This document shows positions 12,904 to 24,836 of a stretch of 64,000 bases of DNA, piece after piece. The notes under the pieces were generated by a model that did no database searches, was not told the DNA's origin, and was given only the letters and a program-made list of their open reading frames with translations. This stretch comes from Malacoraja senta (Eukaryota): assembly GCA_038087875.1 (NCBI GenBank), contig CM075997.1, positions 1,676,001 to 1,740,000 of the forward strand. Direction: 5' to 3'. The translations under genes and the position numbers were made by a program. Within the stretch, counting starts at the first letter, position 1; each line of letters opens with the position of its first letter.

Positions 12904-13059
12904 ATGCTGGAACAACTGAAGGTAGGCAAAAAATGCTGGAGTAACTCAGCGGGTGAGGCAGCACCTATGGAGAGAAGGAATAGGTGACGTCGCCTATTCC
13001 TTCTCTCCATAGATGCTGCCTCACCCGCTGAGTTTCTCCAGCATTGTTTGTCAACCTGG
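12904..13059. mobile_element. Near-perfect palindromic Penelope-like insertion with 12-bp target-site duplication
   Basis: Arms of about 68 bp centred on gac|gtc (12988/12989). GGGATGGTGCAG at 12892-12903 and 13060-13071. Confidence 0.8.
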
Positions 13060-15802
13060 GGGATGGTGCAGTTGTCCATCGCAACTTCTACCTGAAGGCA
13101 GGCAGTGAATGCACGAGAGTCTGTTTCGGTTTTGTAATTGGGAAGGTGGTCGAAGATGAGTTAAGACAGTTTGTAATCATTTTATTTCTGGGGAAATTGT
13201 CTGCGTTACTGCTCTTTGCTTGACGAAGAGCTGACATGCATCTGTTATCTTTCCCCGGCACTCTCTGTATTTTTAGCGAGGGTTAGGAAATAACACTGCA
13301 AAGAATAGTTTCCGCTGATTTGTTTCCCCCCCCCCCCCCCCCCCTCCTCTCTCTCGCAAGTAATCTAGCAGTTTAAAAAGTACAGGCTGTCATCCTTGTG
13401 TATAGCCCACAAAACACACATTTACTCGTGTAAACCTAGATAAGGTAATGCCTTGGTGAACTTGGATGGGCATGAGTGAGGAAAAAAATATAAAAAACAT
13501 AACCCGTTGATCAAAGAACTTAATTGGGGAGAGAAAATGTCCTGCTGCAATATTTACACATCTTGCAGTTTTTCAGAGGACGCAGATGATGTTTTATACC
13601 TGCTCGAAGGCAAGATATGTTACATCCAACTTGTTTGAGATCTCGTGTCACAAACCGTGTATTGAATACCTGAAATGGACGTGATTGATGTGGAAGCAAT
13701 TTCTTCCAATTTCTTTAGTTATGACCGAAACATAACACGCCATGCACACATGTGCTATAATATGGTGACTGATGTCAACAGAGGCATAATGAGGTGTTTG
13801 CCCACAGAAATGGAACCGGACTGCGATGTTTATAGCTTGCAAACGATCTTGGTTATTTTTCAAAGGTGAATTCTGTAAAATAGAAAATTCTACAAAATAT
13901 TTCAGTTGCAAGAAATATTTTCTTCCATTCCAAACCATATCAGCAAATTTAAAAAAAATTGCTGCTTTTGTCAAAAGTGCTGTGCGATATCTCTTTATTG
14001 TAGTTCGTATTTCCTTGTTAACATTGAGGTATTCCGATTCCTGATTCTCGCAGTTCATTAGCCTTTCCTCTCTCGTTAACTCATCCCTCATCGCTCTCTC
14101 GCCCACCCTCTCATCTCCTCCTCGGAGAACTGACGCCATCGACACCTTGCCTCCCTTCTGCCTTGTTTAATGTTTCTTCCCATTCCCCCCCCCCTCCCCC
14201 TATCTTTCATCTACACTTTCTATGTAGCTCTGATGACAAGGGGAGAGCTAAAAGCTGCATGCGTTTTAAGATAATGATACACTAATTTAGTTTAGATGCA
14301 CATGCTGTTTTACATTCAAATAAATGCAGAGGTTGCACCAACGCAAGATTTGATTTATTCTCCTACCTAATGTAAAAACCTTTCTCCAACCTCTTGGTTT
14401 CATGTACAGACAAATCTACCCCTCCCCTTCCTTCCCTCCCCCCCCCCCTTGTAATTTGGAATGAATAATAGCTTGTTGAATGGTTTGACCTTGTAACAGG
14501 AATCTCCATTAACTGGAGGACAGAAGAAGTTGACTATACCTGACTGCCCAGACCAAGAACTGTTTTTTACGATATTTGTTTGGGTAAATCTTGCTACGGG
14601 GAGGGGGGAGGGGGAGGGGGGGGCACGCTGGGGGACATGCCTCCCTCAGGATTCCCTTTGCAGTGAGCACCTGCCACACTTTCCAAATAAAACCTTGCAA
14701 CACACTGTGCTGATTTGAAGGACTGATTACCTTGTTGAATGCTTCAGCTTTCTCCCACGCTGATTTTTTTTCCGCCCTCCTCTCCAGGCAGTCCTGTTGG
14801 AATAAAGATTTGACAGCTATCAAACAGCCGTGTATAAAAAATTAAAAAAAATCTTCCTTAAAAGGTGTGTTGCTTTTTCAAGATTTGGTTCGGCTTTTTT
14901 TTTGTTTTTGTATAACAAAAAAATCCCCACCAATGTTCAGCTGGGCTCGGCAATGAAAATGCCCCAAATCCCATGCTCCCAGAGCAGTCTGTACTTGGAG
15001 CTTCTTATGGGCTTACACCTCAATTGCCAATTCCTGCTTTCGATCATGGAACAGTAGACAAGAACGGGAAAATCGTAAAGGACTTTGCTCCAACCCCATT
15101 TGAAATGATGTTTTAGCCCCCCAATTTTTTTTTTTCTATTCAAACAAATCAATTCGCATCTTGATTCTTCTCTCCCTCAACCCTTGTACTTTCCATCCAA
15201 TATCTAGACTACCTACTGAGAGGATGATTTTATTAATTTATAAAAGGTGTAAGCTTTGCTGTGGAGCTCGGTCCTGCAGTGTTTTCTGCCAGACAAGTTG
15301 CTTTCATAACTATAGAACTTCTGCCAATTTCTCACCGTACAAGTTATCCAAGTTATGTTCGTAATGCTGCTGTGTTTTTTTTTAACCTGCCTAAATGTGT
15401 AACCTATAATCTAAAGTAAAAGGAACTTGTAACTGCTTTGATTTCAAAAAGGAATGTGTACAATCTGTACTATATAAGGTCTTCTCCCAAAATTTACCTA
15501 AACTCCAGTGAGCTATTTCCTCAATACTAGTACTGAGTAATCCAGAGCCATGGAACAGTGCTATGCCCTAACTTTCTTATCAGGTACTCAGCACCTGTGA
15601 AATGTTTTCAATATGTTAATTAACGCTTATTTGAATTTAAATAAATGAGTATTGAATATATAATGTAATATTTGGTCTGAGAGTTTGGGTAGCCATGACT
15701 TTTTACAAATTGGTAACTGTATGTAAAGAATGGTTGATTGTATTGAGGTTAATGGTTCAGATCCTTTAGTTACTGGTGTCTAGAACCTTTTTTTTTGCAT
15801 TT

Positions 15803-15808
15803 AATAAA
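15803..15808 (+). promoter_or_regulatory. Candidate distal polyadenylation signal
   Basis: AATAAA preceded by a U-run (ctttttttttgcattt) and followed by GU/U-rich sequence (ggtgttttatt near 15852). It sits at the edge of the repeat-poor domain. Confidence 0.35.
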
Positions 15809-16012
15809 GTAGTTCCCATCGATTCTGGGATTAATTGTACTGCAAATCGCCGGTGTTTTATTGAGTGAAAATGGTGATTCGAAACGGTTGAAATCCTGCA
15901 CCAGAAAAAACGTTTGGTTCATTTTGTGGAAATAGCAGCATGCAGCCTCTCTCCCCTCCACTCTGAAATTTCCTCTGCTTTTTGGTTGTCCTGGAAAGAT
16001 GACTGCTTCACC

Positions 16013-16055
<43 letters not shown>

Positions 16056-16078
16056 TCTCTCACTCTCCTCTTCCTCTT

Positions 16079-16110
<32 letters not shown>
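16013..16110. repeat. Imperfect (CT)n microsatellite
   Basis: Seen directly in the sequence. Confidence 0.95.
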
Positions 16111-16115
<5 letters not shown>

Positions 16116-17809
16116 TCTTTCCCTCTTTCCCAACCCCCCCCCCTCCCAAATCACCACCACCGCCAACGACAAATGGGTAGGAGCAGGCCAATAAGGTAAA
16201 TGCATGCTGGGCTTTGCGACCCTGCCTTGTTTTCAGATATCCCCAAATACCTAGTGTCTCATCACACGTCGGTTTGGGGAGGTCCACCACTTCACTTGGG
16301 ATGCACTGACCACCTCCAGTAGCCAGGCTGGAAGGGTAAGCCAACGTAAGATTGTTTTAGGGCATCCTCAAACTTCTGGTCTGCTGCCTTCTCTTCTCCC
16401 TGGGCAGCGTTGGAAGCTTGTGAGCATCGCAAAGCAATGCACCCTTCCAATTTCCGATGCCAAACAATTTGGAAAGAGACAGGTGGTTCAATGGATGTCA
16501 TCATCGACGCCTCGTGTACTTTGGGTTTTGGCTTGTACACCGTGTTGTGGGGCTTTGGTGCCGGCCAACTGAAGATGGTGTATTAAGGATGGTTTGACTT
16601 CTTCAAACAGATGCATCCATCTTCCTTCTGCTGCCCCCACTCCTCTGAGCAGCAGTGACTTAAACTGGAGGTCATTTCCTAGCAAGGAAAAGTACATTAC
16701 AAATGTTCATGCAGGATTGATTTGGTGGAAATGGCCTCTCAGTAGAAATCAGAGCCTCAATGGGCTAAAATCAATCTAGGTGAAATTTGGAACAAGTATT
16801 TTAAAAACTGTCTTCTTTACCTTGCAAATGGTGGTCAGGGCCAACACAACCAGTGTGCATGTGGTTAAGATAAAAGGGTGAGGTAGTGGACACACCTTCT
16901 GCGGAAAATTATGTATTTGCTAAAGTATTGTAATTTGTTTTCATGGGAATGGTGTAAAACTTTACAGCCCTTGTGCTATGTATCATAGTTAATAAATCAT
17001 TCTTTAAAGAAAGAACAGCATTTGGTCAAATTATTGGCTTCTCCTTGATTATGCTTGGTTTCCTTGCCTTCACAAAACTATTTAGTGAAGGCACTCTCTC
17101 AGAATCACTGCAATGTTATGGGTCAGGCGTCTATCCCGTCCGCGACAATGCAAAGATCTACTATCAGTAGGCAGAGGGTGGTGGGTATATGGAATGAGTG
17201 GGCAGAGAGGAGGTTGAGGACGATACCATCACAGCGTTTAAGAGAGACACTTGGACAGGTACATGGATAGGAATAGTTTGAGGAATATGGACCAAGCATA
17301 GCCAAATGGGACTAGTGTAGATATTGGCATCTTGGACATGGCATGGACGAGTTGGGCCAATGGTCTCTGTGCTGTATGACTGCAACTATCTCCTTCAGAC
17401 TGCTCAGTCTGCAGAAGAGTCTCGACCCGAAACATCACCCATTCCTTCTCTCTGGAGATGCTGCCTGTCCCGCTGAGTTACTCCAGCATTTTGTGTCTAT
17501 CTTTGGTGCAAACGCAGCATCTGCAGTTCCTTCCTACATATAACTATCTCTTTGCTAAATGACCCAGTCGACTGTCTTTTCTCTCAAAATCCTGCAGAAT
17601 TATTTTTCCTTGTGTGGCCCAACTGATGCTATTTTCAGAGTCCACATCCTTATAAAGAATAGGTTCTACAACAATATGCACAAGCCATTTATGCCATCTT
17701 TGGAAGACCACATTTGAAATTTGCCTTTCAGATCTATCTCCAGTAACCAAACCCTTTTGCCAGTTGTAAAGATGGTGAACATTTTCTACTGTCATGGTTC
17801 ACAGTTCTT

Positions 17810-18375
17810 CAGAGCCTTAGTGAGGACCACACCTGGAGTATTGTGTGCAGTTTTGGGTCCCCTATTTGAGGAAGGACATTCTTGCTATTGAGGGAGTGCA
17901 GCGTAGGTTCACAAGGTTAATTCCCGGGATGGCGGGACTCATATGCTGAGAGAATGGAGCAGCTGGGGCTTGTACACTCTGATGAGAGGGGATCCCATTG
18001 AAACATATAAGATGTTAAGGGTTTGGACACACTAGAGGCAGGAAACATGATCTCGATGTTGGGGGAGTCCAGAACCAGGGGCCACAGTTTAAGAATAAGG
18101 GGTAAGCCATTTAGAATGGAGACGAGGAAAACACTTTTTTCTCACAGAGAGTGGTGAGTCTGTGGAATTCTCTGCCTCAGAGGGCGGTGGAGGCGGGTTC
18201 TCTGGATGCTCTCAAGAGAGATCTAAGATAGGCTCTTAAAAATAGCGGAGTCAGGGATATGGGGAGAAGGCAGGAACGGGGGTAACTGATTGGGGATGAT
18301 CAGCCATGATCACATTGAATGGCGGTGCTGGCTCGAAGGGCCAAATGGCCTACTCCTGCACCTATTGGTCTATTA
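17810..18375 (+). mobile_element. CR1-clade LINE 3' fragment (also about 33095-33642)
   Basis: [13 protein letters not shown] / TRGHSLRI motifs and the same 3' UTR as 613-1253. Confidence 0.9.
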
Positions 18376-18670
18376 TCACACTGTCTCTCCCAATGTCTCT
18401 CCATGAGTATCAGACTGGATAGCACAGCACTTGTAACGGCTTCTTCCTTTCCCTTCTGTCTTTGGCATCCATCAAGGAACTATCTTGAACCCTTTCTCTC
18501 ATCAATTGGCTCTGCTTCTTGAAAATGCAGCGATGGTTTCCACAAGTGAAGATTACTCCCATCGTTACCCCACCCGCCTCATCTAACGGTGACCCTAACG
18601 CACCATCTTTTTGTTTTAGTTTATTGTCACGTGTACCGAGACACAGTGGAAAACTTTTGTTACATGCTAA

Positions 18671-19002
18671 TAGCCCTGTCCCACGGTACGAGTTCATTCC
18701 AAGAGCTCTCCCGTTGGAAAAAAAAAAATCAAACTCGTGGTAAGCACAGACAATGAACGTAGTAGGTACGTCGGAGCTCGGGGACGTCTCTTAGCGGCTC
18801 GTAACGCTAACGGCAGGTACTCGGGAAGACTAGCTAACGGCAGGTAAGCACCGGGAAGACTCGTGAAGATTTTTCAACGTTGAAAAATGTCCACGAGAGC
18901 CCCGAGTTCCGACGGGCGGACATTACTGTAAAATCTCCGAGTTTGAATCAGGGCAACTCGGGAGAGCTTCTTGGAATGAACTCGTACCGTGGGACAGGGT
19001 TT
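18671..19002. mobile_element. PIF/Harbinger-like MITE, subfamily A
   Basis: Long TIRs ccctgtcccacggtacgagttcattccaagagctctcc / ggagagcttcttggaatgaactcgtaccgtgggacaggg. TAA duplicated at 18668-18670 and 19003-19005. It splits the repeat motif tgctaa|ccagtcagcggaaa seen intact elsewhere (about 54955). Confidence 0.8.
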
Positions 19003-19004
19003 TA

Positions 19005-19340
19005 ACCAGTCAGCGGAAACACAATACATGATTACATCGAACCATTTACAGTGTTACAGATAGCGATGAGGGAATAACGGTTTGGTGCAAGTTAAAGCCA
19101 CTAAAGTCCAATTAAAGATAGTCCGATAGTGGTTCAGGGACTGCTCTCTAGTTGTGGTAGGATGATTCAGTTGCCTGATAACAGCTGGGAAGAAACTGTC
19201 CCTGAATCTGGAGGTGTGCGTTTTCACACTTCTGCACCTTTTGCCTGATCGGAGCGGGGAGAAGCGTGGCTTGGGTGCGACTCGTCCTTGATCATGGCTG
19301 CTGGCCTTGCCGAGGCAGCGTGAGATATAAATGTGGTCAA
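19005..19340 (-). mobile_element. Rex1/Babar-like LINE 3' fragment
   Basis: Minus-strand translation SGKRCRSVKTHTSRFRDSFFPAVIRQLN. Confidence 0.7.
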
Positions 19341-20539
19341 TGGAATTTGTCACGTTGCTGACCCCAATACCCAAGATTGTCCACTGTGTCCATTTAATAT
19401 TGGAAACGCTATCCCATCCTCCCAAGGTCCAACCAGATTGTGACTTTGGTGAGGTTACTCATCCCAAACTAACCTGCTGACCTTCTCTAAACCATCGTGG
19501 AATTCACACGAGGAGTAATTTTCACAGAAGGCTATTTCACCAACAAACCTGAATATCTTTGGTGGACAAAAGGTGCTGGAGAAACTCAGCGGGTGAGGCA
19601 GCATCTATGATCCAATATCTTTGGGATGGGTCAGTCGGGGGGGTCCCCCCGCCACGCGTACCATGTAATCCGTGCTACCTGCTCCATGCTCGGATAGTCG
19701 ACGACTAAACCCTCTCTCCCACCTGGTTTGCCAGGTGAGGAGGGGGCTGTGGACCCCCAGCACGACCAAAAACAAGACCAGATGAGCTCCAAGGGAGCCA
19801 AACTTCAGTAGAAGTTGCGATCACTGTCGTTACACAGCATTGTAAGGCACTGAGCCGTTGATGTTTTCAGCGATGATGGTTTGGGATGTGGGAGGAAACT
19901 AGAGTACCCAGAAAACCCCACCACCGTCATGGGGAGAATGCAAACTCCACACAGACCGCGCCCGAGGTCAGGAAGCACACTGGTTCTCCGCGAGGGCAAC
20001 TCTTCCAGCTGCACCATGTGCCGCCCTCTACCATGTATTGTAGATCTCTGCCCATTGGTACTGCAGACTGCTGCCTACAGGGCTACGCAATAGTACCTTG
20101 CACCTTGCATGCCGATTGCCCCTGTGTACTGATTAACTCAATGGGAATGAGTACTTTATTGTCACATTATGACAAAGCACAGTGAAATTCTTTGCATACA
20201 AGTTGCGTGTACAAGTGGTGTACAAGTTGCGGCCACAGATGGTGGACCCCTCTCCCCCCCCCCCCCTCACAGTGGTCCCCAATCTTGCCGTCCGCTTACT
20301 ATTCTCAAAGCACTGCTGGGAATCATACTTAACCAGGCCCCCAGCTGAATGTGCCTGAAAGGGAAGATAAACACAAAATGCTGGAGTAACTCAACAGGTC
20401 AGTCAGCATCTCTGGACAGAAGGGACAGGTGAATAGGATCTGGCTCCCTTCAAATGAAAGGTTTAGTTTAGAGGTAGACCCTTTTCCGCGTTGTTTTGGC
20501 CCACCGAGTCTGCGCCAACTGGCCACCCCTGTACACTTA

Positions 20540-21011
20540 AGGGCCTGTCCCACTTTCGCGACCTTTACAGGCGACTGCCGGCACCCGTGATAGGTCGCCG
20601 AAATTTTTCAACATGTTGAAAATTCAGCGGCGATCAGAAAGACTCTGGAGACCTCTCAAGACCATAGGAGACCTCTCACGACCATACAGGGCTGCATGGT
20701 CGTGAGAAGTTTCCTATGGTCCGTGAGAGGTCTCCAAGAATCGTAGCGTCTTTCTGGGGCGCCGCTGATTTTCAACATGTTGAAAATTCAGCGGCGATCA
20801 GAAGACTGGAACCTCTCAAGACCATAGGAGACCTCTCACGACCATACAGGGCTGCATGGTCGTGAGAAGTTTCCTATGGTCGTGAGAGGTCTCCAAAGAA
20901 TCGTAGCGTCTTTCTGGTGGCCGCTGATTTTTCAACATGTTTGAAAATTTCGACGACATATCACGGGTGCCGGCAGTTGCCTGTAAAGGTCACCTAAGTG
21001 GGACAGGCCCT
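20540..21011. mobile_element. PIF/Harbinger-like MITE, subfamily B, inserted in a SINE
   Basis: TIR AGGGCCTGTCCCACTT / AAGTGGGACAGGCCCT with TTA duplicated (20537-20539, 21012-21014). Interior is a tandem-duplicated palindromic unit of about 175 bp. The host SINE (about 20470-21210, minus) resumes on both sides. Confidence 0.85.
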
Positions 21012-21836
21012 TTACAGTATCCCACACTTGGGAACAATTTTACCAAAGCCAATTCACCTACAAACCTGCACGTCCTCGGAATGTGACAGTAAACCAGAGC
21101 ACCCGGAGAAAACCCACGAGGTCCACGGGCAGAACGTACACTGTACAGACCGGCACCAGTAGTCAGGATTGAACCCGGGTGGCCTGCGCTGTAAGGCAGC
21201 ACTCCACCACTCACCAAAACTCTACCCAGTCGCAGCAAGAATCATCTATATTCTGTAGCTATGTGTTATCAAAACACACACCTCCAGTTTCAGGTACAGT
21301 TTCTTCCCAGCTGTTATTAGGCAAACTGAACCATCGGCTCGAAGGGCCGAATGGCCTAATCGTGCACCTATTTTCTATCACCAACTGAAGCGCAGTCCTG
21401 ACCTACCACATACCTCATTAGAGACCTTCGGATTTTCTTTAATCGGACTTTACTGGACCTTATCTTCCACTAAACGCTATTCCCTTTATCCTGTATCTGT
21501 ACACTGTGACGGCTTGATTGTAATCATGTCCGGTCTTTTCGCTGACAACAATAAAGCTTTACGTACACGTGACAACAATAATAAGAATTATAATAAACTA
21601 AGTAAAACTACCTCACTTCCTCTATGAAGGTCAACATTCTACATGCCACGAGGCCTGGCAGACCCCCTCAGCTTTAAAACCAAATTCTACTGTAAAGCGA
21701 ACAGTTCTGCATTTTCCATCATAGGCTCGAGTCCCGAGAGAGAGAAAAAAATCTAAGTGACGAACCCTGGGAGGTTACACAGAGGTAACATCTTAATGAG
21801 TCGTTAAACCGAGATCCCATCTGCTCTTCCACCCAG

Positions 21837-22110
21837 GTGGCGCAGCGGTAGAAGTTGCTGCCTTACAGCGAACGCAGCTCCGGAGACCCGGGTTCCGATT
21901 CCTGACTACGGGTGCTGTCTGTACGGAGTTTGTACGTTTCGCCCCGTGACCTGCGTGGTTTTCCTCCGAGATCTTCGGGTTCCTCCCACACTCCAAAGGC
22001 AACCAGGTTTGCAGGATAATTGGCTTGGTCAATGTAAAAAATTGCCCTTAGTGGATAGTGTAGGATGGTGTTAATGTGCGGGGATCGCTGGTCGGCGCGG
22101 ACTGCGGTGA
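21837..22110 (+). mobile_element. tRNA-derived SINE (HE1/V-SINE-like)
   Basis: A-box tggcgcagcgg and B-box gggttcgatcc (intact in the second copy near 37150), typical body. Confidence 0.85.
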
Positions 22111-22820
22111 GCGTACCTTAGTGTCCGATCTCTCACATTGCACCACTGCAGATGGTTTACACGCAAGATTGTTGGCAAATGGAATGAGCTGCCAGAGGAG
22201 GTAGGCACAAAATGCTGGAGTAACTCAGCAGGACAGCAGCATCTCTGGAGAGAAGTAATGGGTGATGTTTTTGGATTGAGACCCTTCTTCAGACTCTTTT
22301 ATCTTTTTTTAACCTTTGTTTCTCTGGGAGAAGGTGGAATGATCTGTGCACCATTGCTGTGGAACGCCTTTAGTTTAATTTAGTTTATGGCCAAGTGTAC
22401 CGAACCGAGGTAGAGTTGAAAAGCTTTTGTTGCGTGCTAACTAGTCAGTAGCAAGACAATACATGATTACAATCGAGTCATCCACAGTGTACAGACCACG
22501 ATGAAGGGAAATGTTAGTGCAAGGTAAAGTCCGATTATAGATCGTCTGAGGGCCTCCAATGCTGTGGATAGTAGCTCAGGACCACTCTCTAGTTGTTGAT
22601 GGGATGGTTCAGAATAAAAAGACGTACTATTAGAATGGAGAGGAGGAGCGATTTCTTTAGGCCAGAGGGATCTCCGATCTTAGGAATTCATACCACAGAC
22701 GGCGTTGGAGGCCAAGTCATTGGGTATTTTAAAGGCAGAGATTGATGGGTCCTATTATTATGGGTGCCAAAGGTTACGGGGAGAAGGTAGGAGAATGGGG
22801 GTGAGAAGGTCAGCCATTCA

Positions 22821-22913
22821 GTCTGAAGAAGGGTTTCGGCCCGAAACGTTGCCTATTTCCTTCGCTCCATAGATGCTGCTGCACCCGCTGAGTTTCTCCA
22901 GCACTTTTGTCTA
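22821..22913 (+). mobile_element. Short Penelope-like unit starting at a hammerhead-like motif, inserted in a CR1 3' UTR
   Basis: Begins gtctgaagaagggtttcggcccgaaacgttgcc. CATTCA duplicated at 22815-22820 and 22914-22919. Confidence 0.75.
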
Positions 22914-23349
22914 CATTCAATGGCGGACTAGACTCGATGGGCCGAATGTCCTAATTCTGCTCCTATGAGTTCTATGCACTTATGAAGCTGGGAAGAAACT
23001 GTCCCCGAATCTGGAGGGAGGCGTGCGTTTCCACCCATGCCTTGTAAGGGTGCTACTGAAATGGTTCATGTTAGCTGCCCCAATCCGCAGAGGTAGCGGA
23101 TGGATGAGGTTGCTAACGAGAATTCACTAATTGAGACAGGGAAATGAGAACTGGAGTGGAAAGTTGGAGCCCTGCTTCGTGCTGTGGTGTTCACAGCACA
23201 AACATATCCAGACACACGACTGCTACCAGCCCTTTTGGGAACAGTGTCCATTTGGACGGTAGATTTTTTTTTCATTGTGCAATCTTGGAGGCAATCATCT
23301 ATATCTGTAGCAGAAGCCAACAAGACAACAGAAGGGGTTTTGAAGAAAG

Positions 23350-23710
23350 GGTATAGAGAAGATTTGAGAGGATATTGGCCAGGACTAGGTCTGAGCTATG
23401 GGCAGAGGTTGAGAAGGCTGGGACTCTATTCCTTGTAGCATAGATGAGGGGTGATCTTCTAGAGGTGTATAAGATAATGGGAGGAATAGATCGGGTAGAT
23501 GCACAGAGTTGCCCAGAGTAGGTGAATCGAGGACCTGAGACATAGGTTTAAGGTGCAAGGGAAAAGATTTAATTGTAATCTGAGGGGTAACTTTTTCACA
23601 CAAAGGGTGGTGGGTGTATGGAACAAGTTGCCGGAGGAGGTAGTTGAGGCAGGGGACTATCCCAACATTTAAGAAACAGTTAGACAGGTACATGGATAGG
23701 ACAGGTTTGA
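23350..23710 (+). mobile_element. CR1-clade LINE fragment (second subfamily)
   Basis: GLSYGQRLRRLGLYSL and FFTQRVVGVWNKLPEEVVEAG motifs. Confidence 0.8.
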
Positions 23711-24009
23711 ATGAATTAATATGTTTATTGGCCAAGTATTCACATACAAGGAATTTGCCTTGGTGCTCCGCCCGCAAATGACAACATGACATACGGTGAC
23801 AGTTAGGAATGACACATAAAACCTTAAACATTATTGATTAAAACATGTAAAATACCGGAGCAAAAGGAGGCTACAGATTTTTGGTTATTGAGTCGAGGTT
23901 TGGAGAGATATGGGCAACTGCTGGCAGGTGGGGACCAGTGTAGCTGGGACATGTTGGCCGCTGTGGGTTAGTTGGGCCCGAAGGGCCTGTTTCCACACTG
24001 GATCACTCT

Positions 24010-24376
24010 GTAGACACAAAATGCTGGAGTAATACATCGAGACAGGCAGCATCTCTGGGAGAGAAGGAATGGGTGACGTTTTCGGGTCGAGACCCTTCTT
24101 CGGACTGAGAATCAGGAGGAGGGGGAGACTAGAGGTATGGAATGTATGGTGTGAAAAGAAACAGATCTCAGCAGATCTCAGCAGACAATGGTCAAGAAAT
24201 GTAGGTTGGTTCATTGCGGAGGGGAAGGTGACCAGGTACAACCAGTAAAATTAATCAGGACAGTGAAACTAGTCGGAGAGCTAGGGGTGGGGGAGGGGAC
24301 GGAGAGAGAGGGAAAGCAAGGGTTACTTGAAGTTGGAGAAATCAATATTCATTCCACTGGGGTGTAGCTGCCCAAA
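24010..24376 (-). mobile_element. Penelope-like element 3' fragment
   Basis: Minus strand carries the end of the GIY-YIG ORF as at 47090-47150, followed by the hammerhead-like terminal unit. Confidence 0.7.
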
Positions 24377-24497
24377 ATCCCTTGAACTCGGCCAGCAATT
24401 CCCTTTGTGCCAGAACTCCAGGGCTGCTTGGCTTCATCTGACATCTTGTGGCCATTCGGGTATTGCACCTTGCTTGCAATCTGCGGCAAGGAACTTA

Positions 24498-24836
24498 TGG
24501 CCCTGTCCCACGGTGCGAGTTCATTCCAAGACCTCTCCCGAGTTTAAAAAAAAAATCAAAACTCGTGGTAAGCACGGAGAATGAAACGTAGCGGGTACGT
24601 CGGAGCTCAGGACGTCCTCTTAGCGGCTCGTAAACGCTAACGGCAGGTACTCGGGAAGAACTCGCTAACGGCAGGTAAGCACGGGAAGACTGGTGAAGAT
24701 TTTTCTACATGTTGAAAAATGTCCACGGAGAGCCCCCGAGTACCGACGAGCGGCCATTACCGTAAATCTCCGATTTCGAATCAGGGCAAACTCGGGAGAG
24801 CTCTTGGAATGAACTCGTAACCGTGGGACAGGGCCA
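24498..24836. mobile_element. PIF/Harbinger-like MITE, subfamily A
   Basis: TIRs tggccctgtcccacggt / accgtgggacagggcca, flanked by TTA and TAA. Interior closely matches 18671-19002. Confidence 0.8.

Larger units (their letters stand above)
6614..15850 (+). other. ARHGAP35: Putative long 3' UTR of ARHGAP35 (3' end uncertain)
   Basis: Follows the stop codon. AT/U-rich with homopolymer runs and only four short recognisable TE insertions in about 9 kb, against near-continuous TE cover beyond 17 kb. AATAAA at 8037, 11704, 14319, 14801 and 15803, among others. The extent is inferred. Confidence 0.45.

Noticed and set aside
13648..14145. 165-aa minus-strand ORF and overlapping plus-strand ORFs in the repeat-poor region
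   Set aside because: No recognisable domain, no clear splice structure and a non-ATG start. Consistent with chance ORFs in UTR-like sequence.
16237..16335. Exon-like segment (ttgttttcag acceptor, gtaagc donor) in unique DNA
   Set aside because: All three frames contain stops and I recognise no protein similarity. Nearby ORFs in 16292-16779 are short and uninformative.
20540..21011. CRISPR-like repeated palindromes
   Set aside because: No repeat-spacer periodicity and the context is eukaryotic. Explained by a palindromic MITE with an internal duplication.
21837..21905. tRNA genes suggested by A and B boxes (also 5968, 52625, 63850)
   Set aside because: These are SINE heads: no complete cloverleaf, and each continues into the same SINE body and LINE-like tail.
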